Assembly: GCA_964016885.1 (NCBI GenBank)
Contig: OZ024741.1
Coordinates: 111,538,001-111,602,000 of the forward strand
DNA: 64,000 bases
Origin: Eledone cirrhosa
Lineage: Eukaryota
Direction of reading: 5' to 3'
Position numbers and translations under genes: made by a program. Numbering within the stretch: position 1 is the stretch's first letter; every line of letters starts with the position of its first letter. Below, piece by piece: positions 31,701 through 44,431 of this stretch. Under the pieces are notes generated by a model. The model did no database searches. It was not told the DNA's origin and saw only the letters and a list, made by a program, of their open reading frames with translations.

Positions 31701-32196
31701 GTGCTACCGAGGAGCTTTACCCGTTCGAGAAAGGCTCTACAGACACGGGCGCCCGGATAGGGACCCCGCCAAAAAGATCTGTCCCAGATGCGTGTGCGAC
31801 GAGGAAACCGTTGCACACGCATTGGTACACTGCTCGGGCGTAGCCGATCTGTGGGGCTATGTCGAACAACTGCTGTCAAGGGTGGGACCGATCCGGTTGA
31901 CCACCGAGTCTATTGTAATGATCAAGCCGCCTCCCCCCTTCAAAGATGAAGCAGAGGCGGTGTTTCTGTGCGTAATAGCCATGGCGAAAGAGGTTGTATG
32001 GTGGACGCGTCTGAAAGGACTGAGGTCAGGCACCTTTCTCTCTGGCCAACAACTGGTCCGTTTCTTCCGATATCATTTCGGAAGAAGGATCAGGATGGAG
32101 AGAGAGGTGCTGCACCCCAGCCGTTTCTATGAAAGATGGGTGAAAGTGGCGAGAATGGCCCGTGTGAATGGGCCTTCACTCTACATCAGACTATAG
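28787..32196 (+). pseudogene. Tx1 ORF2 (APE endonuclease, RT, C-terminal Zn finger), single 28-nt deletion at 31420
   Basis: LNARG, GDWN, YLD, SDH (APE); PGLDG, FRPITLLN, DQSKAFDRV, QGCPLS, AYADD (RT); CPRC..EETVAHALVHC. Confidence 0.95.
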
Positions 32197-32460
32197 GTGA
32201 GGAAGATGAAAGACCAAGGGAGCACCCCTTCTCTGTGCTCCTGAGGAGAAGGGTTGCACACTTTTTTCGGGGGTGTGTGCGACCCCCCAAGGCGCCTCCT
32301 CTCTATTGAGGACTTTGTTATAAATTTTATTTTTTGTTATATTTTATTTTATTTTTATATATTGTTATTGCCTCCTCCTTATTGAGGACGCCTTGTTTTG
32401 TAAACTCCCCCCATTGTACTTGTCCGACTTTTGATGCCCTGGTGGCAAATAAAAGAAACA

Positions 32461-32560
<100 letters not shown>

Positions 32561-34910
32561 AGACGTGTGTAACTTCGCGGAGAAGTTTCCGTTAATTTAT
32601 GTAAGAAAAAAACGTGAGTTTTTAGTTAAATTTTATATCATTGTGTAACTTGACCCCCTCGTCTGGACCTTCAGGTGGTGGGTCAACTCATTTTCGCCCC
32701 TACAGGGGCGGAATATCCATTTGAAATATTTTTTCTCCATCGAATCTTGGAAAAAAATATTGTAAAATTTTGATTACGTTATGAACGCTGCGTCCAACGA
32801 TAATGGTGGTGGAGAGGCGGTAAGACTACAAAGCTCGCAGTCAACATCGTCTTCTTCACTAGATAATATAGAGATGGAAAGACGAAATGAAAATGTAAAA
32901 ACGAGTTCATATCCAAACAACACAAATGACACCAAACAATTCAATGACAACAAAAATAACAGCAACACCAATAATGATGATAAAAGCAACAATGATAACA
33001 ACAACAAAGAAAAAAATAAAGACAACACCAATAACACCAGCATCAAAGACAACAACAACACCAAGGAAAATACGAATAATACCAACATCGGTGACAACAA
33101 GAATAACAACAAGAATAACAACAATAATGACAACACCACCAATACGGATTCCACAAAGAAACCAAAAATCTCCTTTGCAGAGAAAGTTCAAAAAAAGGAG
33201 GAATTGATATATCTCGACATAACAAATGCTGAACAACTTTTAAAGGACGCTAGGAGATATGTCACTTTCGAAAAAAATGGTGCTTTCAGCATCAATTCTC
33301 CGGTAGAAATTCGCAGGGAAACTGCTCTCAAAACGATAGTTTTTAGGACAGTTTCCAATTCTACCCGAAAACCAGTCCAATTGTCACAGAAAGAAATTGA
33401 ACTGGTTTTCAAAAATTCAATGAATGACCATCGTTACCTGGATTGCTGCAATGCACAGTATCGTCGGACGGTGGACGGAGGGCCCGGTGAAGTTGCTTGG
33501 GGTCTGGTTCGGACCGGACCTCCAGGTGGAGAAAAACTGGGATGAGGTGACGAATAGACTGCTTGCACTGACCCAGAAGTGGGCCGAGTGCAAACTATCC
33601 CTGAAAGGTCGGGCGGAGGTGGTGAACGCTTACATAGCGTCCGTCATCTATTACCGCTTGACTCTCGTGCCTTGCCCGGATGAGATCCTCGCCAAAATGG
33701 AGCGCGCTCTCTTTCACTTCCTTTGGAAGAAGAGGTCTCCCCTGGTGAGGAGATCCATCTGCTGTCAACACCCTTTGAAAGGAGGGCTGGGGATGCCGTG
33801 GCTAAAAATGCGTAAACACGCATTGAGGCTACGGCACCTCCAGGTATTCCTCACCGGTCAACCAGTGTGGGCCCCGTTTGTGAGGCGAGCCTTCCCGAGG
33901 CCTGTCTCGCTCACCGAGCTGCAGTCCTGGGTGAAGCAAAGACCGAGAAAACTAGGCGACTGGCACACCGAGTGTGCCCAAGCGCTTACGGCTCTCTGGC
34001 AGGCGGACCCGGTTATCGGTGGAGACTCCACCTCGTCAATCTATAGAGGGCTGGTGGTTAGCAGGTGCGACGACGCCCCATGGGAAGCCCTAGGCATGGA
34101 GGAGGACGAACTGGCCAGCCTATTCGGTAGGACTTTCGGCCCGGGACCTATGGACAACTTCCAGAAGTCCTTGGCCTGGCAGTGTTACCGAGGGGCTCTG
34201 CCCGTTCGGGATAAGCTCTACAGGCACGGGCACCCGGGTAGGGACCCCTCGAAAAAGATCTGTCCCAGATGCGTGCGCGACGAGGAAACTGTCGCGCACG
34301 AATTGGTACACTGCCCGGGCGTTACCGATCTGTGGGGCTATGTCGAACAACTGCTGTTACGGGTGGGACCAATTAGGTTGACCACCGAGCCCATTGTAAC
34401 GATCAAGCCGCCTCCCCCTTCAAAAATGAAGGAGAGGCGGTCTTCCTCTGTGTAATAGCCATGGTAAAAGAGGTTGTATGGTGGACGCGTCTAAAAGGGC
34501 TGAGGTCGGACACCTTTCTTTCCGGCCAACAACTGGTTCTTTTCTTCCGATACCATTTCGGAAGAAGGCTCAGAATGGAGAGAGAGGTGCTCCATCCCAG
34601 CCAATTTTATGAAAGGTGGGTGAAAGTTGCGAGAATGGCCCGAGTGAAAGGGCCTTCTCTCTATATCAGCCTGTAGGTGGAAAAGGATAAAGGAAGAAGG
34701 GAGCACCCTCTCTTTGTGCTCCCGTAGAGAAGGGTCGCACATTTTTTTTCGGGGGTGTGTGTGACCCCAAAACGATCCCTCCCTATTGAGGACCTTTTTG
34801 TTATAATTTCATTTGTTATTACATTTTTTTTACTCGATTTCTATGTAATCTCCCCCCGCCCCCATGTATGTGTCCCTTTCTTTTGTGCCCTCGTGGCAAA
34901 TAAATAGAAA
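32561..34910 (+). mobile_element. Tx1 copy 2: full 5'UTR, Asn-rich ORF1 start (32781), internally deleted, ORF2 3' third
   Basis: ORF1 jumps at ~33425-33460 into ORF2 (GRWTEGPVKLLGV...). Conserved 3'UTR. Confidence 0.92.
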
Positions 34911-34933
34911 TTTATCTCTTTATCTATCTATCT

Positions 34934-35288
34934 GGGATGGACACACGCGTAAAACTTGCTGGGTAAGTTCTGCCTAAATTTCCATAGAAATTCCAAACTG
35001 TAAACTTTCATTTTTGTACCATTTTGTAGAGGGATTACCAGGTCAAATTTTGATCTGGTCAGTCTCTCAAATTATTCTACGCCTTTAGGCGAAATTGTGT
35101 TGAAAAAAAAAATTTTTTTCTATCGAAAAATTTCCTACTTTGATAAAAATGGCTGAAGCATCTTCACCAACATGCAAAGAAAGAAAAGGGAAGCTAAACT
35201 AACAGCTCCCCCTGCCACTGTCACAGCAGCAGATGACCGACCTGCTGACCGACAACTTGATGTATCCTCAACTACACAAGAAACCGAA

Positions 35289-35319
<31 letters not shown>

Positions 35320-37931
35320 GCAACAATAAAGACAACAAAAACAACAGCACCAATAACAATGATAACAACAACACCACCAACTACAACAGCAACACGAACA
35401 AGGGAAAGGTCTCCTTCGTCCAGACTCCAAGGAAACCCTCGACTATCTGCCAGTAGATATAAGCAAAGCGAAGGAGCTACTGGCAGATGCCAAAAAATAC
35501 ATAGTGTACGGGGAAAATGGATCATTTTCGATCCCCCCCCCCCGGAACTAAAAAGCCAGAGACTCCTAAACACTGTCATGTTTAGGACAGTCTCAAACAA
35601 AAGCAAAAAACCAGCTCAACCATCACAGAGTGAGATAGAGCTGGTTTTAAAAGATGTCATGAAAGACATCATATTCATTCAGAAGGATAGACTCTACGGG
35701 AGTCTATCCATTCTCATGAAGGACAGGGACACGGCAGCGAAACTGTCAATAAAACCAATAACATCCACCGCATACACCTTCTACCCTACGTACATGGGTA
35801 GAAGGACACAACAAATAAAAATTCACACCATCCTTCCGATTATGGACATATGGTGGGTATTGACAGGTTTCCTGGACCTAGACGATGACACACTAATATC
35901 CATGGGAAAGGCATCGGGTGACGCGTTCAGTGGAACGGGCCTCGAACTTGTAGTTCAAATGAGGCCCGAAAGGATCGCCTAAATCCCTGAACGCGTCATA
36001 CTGGATGATCAAACTTTTATCAACATTACCGTTGAGGTTAGGCGGCCATCGTGTTACCTCCGTGGAGCCAGAGGTCACCTGAGGGCTGTCAGTCCTCAAC
36101 TTAAAAAGAAAACCACAATCCTGCCTACACCACCAACAACTGCACAACCAACACAATCACCACAACCACCACTACAAAAACAACAACCACAGCTCAAACC
36201 AAAACAAAACACTGTCCAACCCATCCCCCCCCACTAAAAAAAACAATTTCCAAAACACCCGCACCGCAAACACGACCCTAAAATCTACCCCTCCCCTCCA
36301 ACGCGGAAGATGACCCTCGTTCGTCGTCAGACGAGGAGGAGCACTTCCACACAATCAAAAGAAAAAAAGAAAACGCACCTTAGACATACAAATGAAAACA
36401 ACCCCTCCCCAAAACACAACACAGACACCAACACAAAAGAGCACACAAGAACAGCAAACAAAAACACCACACAAAAACACCACACAAAAACAAAAACATG
36501 CATACACATACATAAACACAAGAAATAAAAAAACTGCTAAACATTGTATTCAACAACAATTTAGTAAAAACCCAAGGGCCTAACTTCACCCAGGCAGGGG
36601 ATTTCCCCCACCTCAAAATAATTAAGGCCCCCAGAGGACACATATAAAACACTAAAAAACAACTTTAAAGAGGACGTGCCCCCCCCCCCCCTGTGTCGGG
36701 CCCATTAACCGCGTCTTCCTAAAAAAATTCCCCACCCCTCCCCAAACACCCACACAACTCCAAACACCCCAACCACACAACACACTGATGCCCCTACACT
36801 TCCACAAACCACCACCCACCCAACAACCCATCCCTCACCCTCATGGAAATTGTGCAGCCCGATACCCGGGACGCAGAGAGGTAAGTGCCTTTTCTCTTCA
36901 CCACCAACATGGCTATGCTAAGAGTAGGCTATCTAAATGCGCGTGGCCTGGGCTCAACTTGGAAGCAAGCAATGCTTCTAAATACCCTCAGGTCACAACG
37001 TATAGATGTGATGGTTATTTGCGAGGCCCGGATCAGCAACGTGCGACAGCTGGCCCCCACCTTTGATGACTTTGAGATGAACGCATCTCTCTGTCAGCCC
37101 GGAGGTGGGGGTGGGGTTGTCGTTCTGCTGCAAAAACATCTGGGTCTCGCAACACAGACGGTACATTTGGACCCGGAGGGTTGACTAGTGGTTCTGGACC
37201 TTAGCAGTGGTGAAGGCGGAGCGTTTAGGCTGGTAGCCGTCTACGGCCCTTTCGGGTCAACGAGGAAACCTTGTGCGACGAGGAAACCGTTGCACACGCA
37301 TTGGTACACTGCTCGGGCATTGCCGATCTGTGGGGCTATGTCGAGCGACTGCTGTCACGGGTGGGACCGATCCGGTTGACCACCGCGTCTATTGTAACGA
37401 TCAAGCCGCCTCCCCTCTTCAAAAACGAAGGAGAGGCGGTGTTTCTGTGCATAATAGCCATGGTGAAAGAGGTTGTATGGTGGACGCGTCTGAAAGGACT
37501 GAGGTCAGACACCTTTCTATCTGGCCCAAAACTGGTCCGTTTCTTCCGATATCATTTCGGAAGAAGGATCAGGATGGAGAGAGAGGTGCTGCACCCCAGT
37601 CGATTTTATGAAAGATGGGTGAAAGTGGCGAGAATCGCCCGTATGAATGAGCCTTCACTCTACATCAGACTGTAGGTGAGAAAGATAAAAGATCAACGGA
37701 GCACCCTCCTGAGGAGAAGGGTTGCACACTTTTTCGGGGGTGTGTGCGACCCCCAAGGCGCCTCCTCCCTATTGAGGATTTTGTTATTCAATTTATTTTT
37801 GTTATATTTAATATTTTTATATTTTTTATATTTTGTTATTGCCTCCTCCTTATTGAGCACGCCATTTTATGTAACCCCCACCCATTGTACTTGTCCCACT
37901 CTTTGACGCCCTGGTGGCAAATAAAAAGAAA
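34934..37931 (+). mobile_element. Tx1 copy 3: same subfamily as copy 1, full 5' end, ORF2 deleted from APE to Zn finger
   Basis: 35817-37260 is closely similar to 27707-29138. Junction at ~37260 to the CDEETVAH region. Confidence 0.92.
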
Positions 37932-37950
37932 GTTATTTATCTCTTTATCT

Positions 37951-38477
37951 GCCTGACGCGTGGAACATCGCCGGTAAGATTTTTTGTAAATTTATATACG
38001 AAAAACAGAACAATTTGTTTGAAAAATCATATCATTTTGTAGATTAACCCCCAAGCTGAATTGTCAGCTGGGCGGTAATCCCATTTTTTGCCACTTTAGG
38101 GGCGAAAATTTAATTTAAAAATTGTTTTAAAAAATCAAATGTTGCCAACTATAAAACATGAATAACTCGAAAAGAACGCTAGAGAACGCCGAGAGAGAGA
38201 AGAGAGGGAAAGTGGCAGATATTAACGTTATATCTGCTTCTGCTACTATGGATGTCGCTATGGATACGACTGTCAACAAAGAGAAAAAATACCACTTGAA
38301 GATTTTAACATTTCTATCGTCGAAGCGGAGAAAAATAACACACAGCATACAGGAATTAAACCTATTAATATACATACACATGAAAAAGACAACATCAACA
38401 ACTCCACAGATACATCTACACATAAAGTTTCACCTCGTCAAGGAATTGAGATTTCCAACACCGAGGCTAACAACGAT

Positions 38478-38508
<31 letters not shown>

Positions 38509-41500
38509 GCAGCAATACCACACAAAAAAAATGTCTTTCGCTGAAACAGTGAACAAAAAACAAGATTTTATAAATCTTGACATCTCCAATGCAAGAGATA
38601 TGCTCCAGCAAGTGAGAAAATGTGTAACTTTCGAAGACAAGGGTGGGTTTAGAATTAATTCACCCCTCGAAATAAAAGAAGACACAGTTCAAAGGACAGT
38701 GACCTTCATGACTGTATCCAATACAACGAGAAAGCCGATATTTGTTAGTCAAAGAGATATAGAAGCCAACTTGAAGGAAATTCTAGCAAATGTTGACTTT
38801 CTCCAACGAGGAAAACAGTACGGAAGTGTTTCCGTACTGTTTAAAAGCGAGGCACTCGCCCCAAAACATTCTGTGACACCAATGGTGTCAAAAGCATTCA
38901 CCTTTTTCCCTACATACATGGGAAAAAGGACACAAAATAAAACAAATATATATACCACCAACCATTAACATCTGGCGGATCTTGGCTGGCTTCGTAGAGC
39001 CAGAGACTGATATGATTCTTTCGATACGAAAGTCTATTAGACAAAGGTGGGCGGGTACTGATTTGGAGATTCTGATGCGAATGAGGCCGGAGAGAATCTC
39101 CAAAATACCCGAAAAAGTCGTCATCGACGACAACAACAAAATAAACATTTCGGTAGAAGGGCGTAAATTTCATTGCATTCGCTGTGGTAGCACAGCACAC
39201 CTAAAAGTCTCCTGTCCTTCACAAACACACCACAACAACATCATTAAAAAAATACTATTACCAACACCAAAACAACCACCACCACTACAAGTACAACAAC
39301 AGACGAAATGAGCAACCACACCAAAACAAACAGCCACTCAACCAACAACAACAGAAAACACAGAGACAACACCCCTGAAGAACACAGCCCCACCCATCCC
39401 ACTCCATCAAACACTACCACAAACACACACACCGAAACATCACCACCACACAACATCCCACTACCCCACACTCCTGACGATGATTATTCATCGACAGATG
39501 AGGCTGCTTCTCCTTCTTTAAGTAAAGAAGAGGGAGAGCCGCGGAAATCTAAAAAACAAAAAAAGAGACACCACAAAACCCCCAAAACTCCAATCACCAA
39601 CACCAACACACAACCACAGACACAAACAACAACACAAACAACACCACAGTCAAACATCCCCCTACCAGCAAAACCAACACCAACACCACCCCAAACACAA
39701 GCACCCACCATAAAAAGAAAACTCCCGGACGAACAACAAACTAAAACAACACAACAAAAACACAAACAACAATACGCATACATCAACACAAACAACAAGA
39801 GTTTGATGGAGGTCATCTCCCAAAAGAGGTCATCTCCCAAACTCTAGGAAACGAAGGAGCGAAAGCTGTCAGCTGGGCCCGAGTGGCGAAGGCAAAAAGT
39901 GGCAACAAGTCCACGATTCGGTCTTTGAAAGACCAAAACGGACGCGTGCTACTTGACCCCAAGCGGCCTTTCAGCAGCACTTTGCGCTACTGTTTGAGCA
40001 GAACGACGGTGAGCCGAACGGGGCAATGGACTTTAGTTCATACCTCGACGGCCTGCCGCGTCTCTCGAATACGGACGCCGAGTTCTGCGAAAGACCGATC
40101 ACGGACACTGAGATACGGGACGCTCTGGGCCGATGCGGGAAACGCAAGTCACCGGTCTAGATGGTCTACCCTATGAGTTTTACATAGGGATGCCGGACTT
40201 ATTCTCTGGCGTCCTCGAAGCCGTCTACTGTAATTGGCAGCAGAACGGGAGAATTCCCAGTTCTGCAGGCAAGGGCGTAGTAACGCTGATCAGGAAAGAC
40301 GAGAACAAGGGGGACGAAATTAACAACTTCAGGCCCATAACTCTGCTCAACACAGAGTTAAAGATTTTGGCCAAGGTGCTAGCGACGAGGTTGGCGCTTG
40401 TCGTCGAGAACCTGGTAGGGAAAGCGCAAATGTGTGCAATCCCGACCAGGTCCATACACGACAACCTCCACCTCATGCGATACATCATAGAGAGGGTGGG
40501 TAGTAAACCCGGCTTCGGTGGGGCTCTGATCAACTTGGATCAGTCTAAGGCATTCGATAGGGTCGACCATCGATACTTGGAAGCGGTTCTCAAGGCGGCC
40601 GGTTTCGGTCCCGTTTTCAGAGGCTGGATCGAGGCGATGCACACCAGAATCTGCTCGAGGGTCAAGGCGAACGGCTACATATCGGAGGCGTTCGGAATCA
40701 CGCGTTCCATTCGACAGGGGTGCACTCTCTCCTCCATTCTGTATGTATTGACTCTAGAGCCACTACTGCGGAAATTGGAGCTGTTGCAGGGCATCCCTCT
40801 AGAACTGGATTGCGCAAAGCGGCGTCGGCTTATGCTGACGACGGGACGGTAATCGTGTCGAGCACCTCGGAAATCGGGGGTGATCGGCAACTTACTGAAA
40901 GAATACGAAACGCTGACGGGAGCAAAACTAAACCCGGACAAGTCTGTCGGTTTGCAACTCGGTACGTGGAGAGGCAAACCGATGACGTCCGACAGCGTCG
41001 TTGGACGCTGGACGGACGGACCGGTGAAATTGCTCGGGGTCTGGTTCGGTCCAGACCTCCAGGTGGAGAAAAACTGGAACGATGTCACGGCCAAGGTATT
41101 TGCGCTCACCCAGAAGTGGGCAGAGTGCAAACTGTCCTTGAAAGGGCGAGCGGAGGTGGCGAACACTTTCATAGCGTCCGTCATCTACTACCGCTTGACT
41201 GTCGTGCCTTGTCCCCGTGAACACCTCGCCAAGATGAAATGCATGCTCTTCCAGTTCCTGTGGAGAAGCAGGCTCCGCTGGTGAGGAGATCCGTCTGCTG
41301 TCAGCACTCTTCCAACGGAGGGCTGGGCATGCCGCAAACATGCACTGAGGCTACAGCATCTCCAGGTATTCCTCATCGACCCCCAACCGGTGTGGGCACC
41401 GTTTGTGAGACAGGCTTTACCACAGCTCGTCTCGCTGACGGAGCTGCAGTCCTGGGTCAAGAAAAGACCGAAAACGATGGGCGCCTGGCACATTGAATGC

Positions 41501-42320
41501 GCTCAGGCGCTCACAGTCCTCTGGCAAGCGGGCGCAGCAATCAGTGGAGACTCCACTTCGTCGACATTCTATAGAGGGATTGTACGTTACAAGGGCGACG
41601 ACGTGCTCGGAGAGACTCTGGGCGTCGAAGACGATGAGTTCACCAGTCTGTTTGGTAGGACTTTCCGCCCGGGACCTATGAACAACTTCCAGAGGTCCCT
41701 GGCCGGGCAGTGCTACCGAGGAGCTCTACCGGTTCGTGACAAGATCTACAGGCACGGACGCCCCGGCAGGGATCCTTCCAAGAGAACGTGTCCAAGATGC
41801 GCACAGGACATTGAAACAGTCCTGCACGCAATTGTACACTGCCCGGGCGTAAGCGACCTGTGGAACTATGCAGAACAACTGTTGTCGCGTATGGGACAAA
41901 TCCAGATGACTGCCGAGTCCATAGTAAGGATCAAACCGCCAGCCTCTTTCAAAAACGAAAGAGAGGCGGTTTTCCTCTGTACAGTGGCTATGGTGAAAGA
42001 AGTTATATGGTGGACGACATTGAGAGGACTGAGGACAGATGCCTTTCTCTCCGGACAGCAATTGATTCCCTTCTTTAAGTATCACTTTAGAAGGAGAATT
42101 AGAGTGGAGAGAGAGGCACTGTACCCCAGTAAATTTACTGAAAGGTGGGTGAATGAAGCGAAAATGGCCCGAGTGATTGGGCCTTCTCTGTTTATAAGCC
42201 TGTAGGTTAAAGAAGAGAGCAAAAGGAAGAAAGGAGCACTTGCACAACACGCTTCTGGAGTTGAGGATTGTTCTATCGACGGGGTATTAAACAACCCATT
42301 TGTGGCGCTTCCTCCCTATT
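37951..42320 (+). mobile_element. Tx1 copy 4: divergent subfamily, APE deleted, frameshifted, 3'UTR truncated
   Basis: ORF1 knuckle CIRCGSTAHLKVSC. RT motifs at 40150-40850. Ends at cctccctatt. Confidence 0.92.
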
Positions 42321-42339
42321 AGTCAAGTTCATAATGTAA

Positions 42340-43525
42340 CGGTTGGTACTTTCGTTCAGATTTCTTGGAGATTAGCAAAACTATATATTTTCGAAAACTT
42401 TAGGACATACTGAATCCCAAAACCAATGTTGCCATTTTTTTCAAGGTGTCTGTGGTGGCCATCTTGGAATTTCAAAATGGTGACTACCGATAACCTTTTT
42501 CAACAGTATCTCAAATTCTAACCAACTGGGCTTCTAATTTTAGTGGCTAATTTAACATAATAACAATAATAATTGTTTCTACTTTAGGCACAAGGCCAGC
42601 AATTACCCAGTGCATTACTGGTACTTTATTTTATCGACCCCGTAAGGATGAAAGGCAAAGTCAACCTCGGCGGGATTTGAACTCAGATCGTAAAGGGACG
42701 TAACTATGCTGGAAAGCATGGCGTCCGACCCTCTACCGATACTCCCAAACAATAATAATAATGATAAAAATAATAATAATAATCAAATGCCATGTAATTA
42801 CTTCATTAGAGATGGTGAGATGCCAGTACAAGGGAGATTGTTCCTCACAAAGATGTTCCTGCAGGTCAAAGAATCTGCAGTGCACCGACCTTTGCCTGTG
42901 CACCACACAGTGTGAAAATGACGCGGAAAGAGTTTATGAAAACCTTGACTCAGGTAATACTGATAGTGAGAGTGATGACTGATATGATGGTTATGACTGA
43001 TTCCGTTCTAAAAGTGGCAATAACAAAGTGTGCACAAATTTGTATTCCTCCCTGTTAAAAGTCATGACGTGAAATGGACAAAAGCAAAGTGTCCACGAAT
43101 TAATTGTTTTATGTATTAAAATAAAGTGTACGTGAAGACAAATTTATTTTTATTATGTTTGACTGGTGCTTCGATATCCTGATTATGAGTGGATCTAGAG
43201 AAGAAATATCATATTTGCATGTGGTGTTTGCAGTTTTGTCATTAAAATTGGTATTTTTATTGAAAAAATCTTTCTTCATGTTAAACGTAAGTGATTGTAG
43301 TCAATTTCCCCTTAAAATGTAAGTTTAGCCACTGAAAGTAAAAGGCTACATGGCTTGGAAGTGGATATATTGGTAAATTTAGATTTCAAACGATCACCAT
43401 TTTGAAGCCCTAAGAAAACCCTAAAAAAATGGCAACATTGATTTTTGTGTTCAATACATCCTAACGTTTCCAAACATGTATAGTTTAGTAAAACTCCAAA
43501 AAATTTGAAACACATGTATACTTAT
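42340..43525 (+). mobile_element. TIR DNA transposon relic with Cys-rich CXC-like C-terminus and nested SINE
   Basis: ~95-bp imperfect inverted ends (42346-42440 vs 43424-43521). VRCQYKGDCSSQRCSCRSKNLQCTDLCLCTTQCEND at 42814-42982. SINE at 42570-42745. Confidence 0.65.
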
Positions 43526-43582
43526 ATCTGTGTTAATCCCTCTCATATATTCAATTATATATATATATATATGTATGTATAT

Positions 43583-43855
43583 ATATTGTTATACTTAGGG
43601 AGGGTCATATTTGTGTAATAATATTGCCAGAATTAATAACAGAACACACTCACTGTTTGGTTGGTTTGATTGTGTCGATATTGTATCTGTATTTTTGACC
43701 GTTGGTCAGTCAATGGTAACATTGAGAACCGAATAAATTAAATTAACCGATATAAAGGACACAGAAGCGAAAACCAACCAAACAGTGAGTGTGTTCTGTT
43801 ATTAATTCTGGCAATATTATTACACAAATATGACCCTCCCCAAGTATAACAATAT
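43583..43855. repeat. ~85-bp inverted repeat with ~100-bp spacer in (TA)n
   Basis: atattgttatactt.gggaggg...ttggttggttt versus aaaccaaccaa...ccctcccc aagtataacaatat. Confidence 0.85.
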
Positions 43856-43895
43856 TTGTTTCGACACACGATTTCATATAAAAAACCTCGCAAAA

Positions 43896-43987
<92 letters not shown>

Positions 43988-44196
43988 TAAATATATATAT
44001 ATATATGTAGATAAATCTACCAAAATATACGGTAGTGTCCAATCCGTATGAAGAACTCAATGTAATCCAAATATCATGAAAAGAGAAGATGTATTCAAAA
44101 TTTTTTCGATGAAAAACACAGGAAAACAGAGTCAAGATAAATTAATAAAAATAATAAATAAAAACAAAGAAACAGTTCCTTATATTAAAGAATTCA

Positions 44197-44328
44197 CGAT
44201 TTTACGATCGTTTCTAGGATATATATGTGTGTGTTGGTATGTATATCATATAGATCTATGTAAACATTTTACAAACTATCAGAGGGAATATACATACCTA
44301 CACATATATATGCTGTCTTCAGAAATAA
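44197..44328 (-). ncRNA. Second copy of the long-stem-II hammerhead
   Basis: Near-identical to 21043-21174. 44005-44058 is an inverted piece of the same element. Confidence 0.68.
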
Positions 44329-44336
44329 TTTTATTA

Positions 44337-44431
<95 letters not shown>

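Larger units (their letters stand above)
27707..32460 (+). mobile_element. Tx1/L1-clade LINE copy 1 (5'-truncated, near intact)
   Basis: ORF1 with a zinc knuckle, ORF2 APE-RT-CCHC, and a 3' end AATAAAAGAAA followed by (TATC)n. Confidence 0.95.

Noticed and set aside
32217-32315. HDV-like ribozyme in Tx1 UTRs
   Set aside because: The nested P1/P1.1/P2/P3 topology and catalytic C context could not be built.
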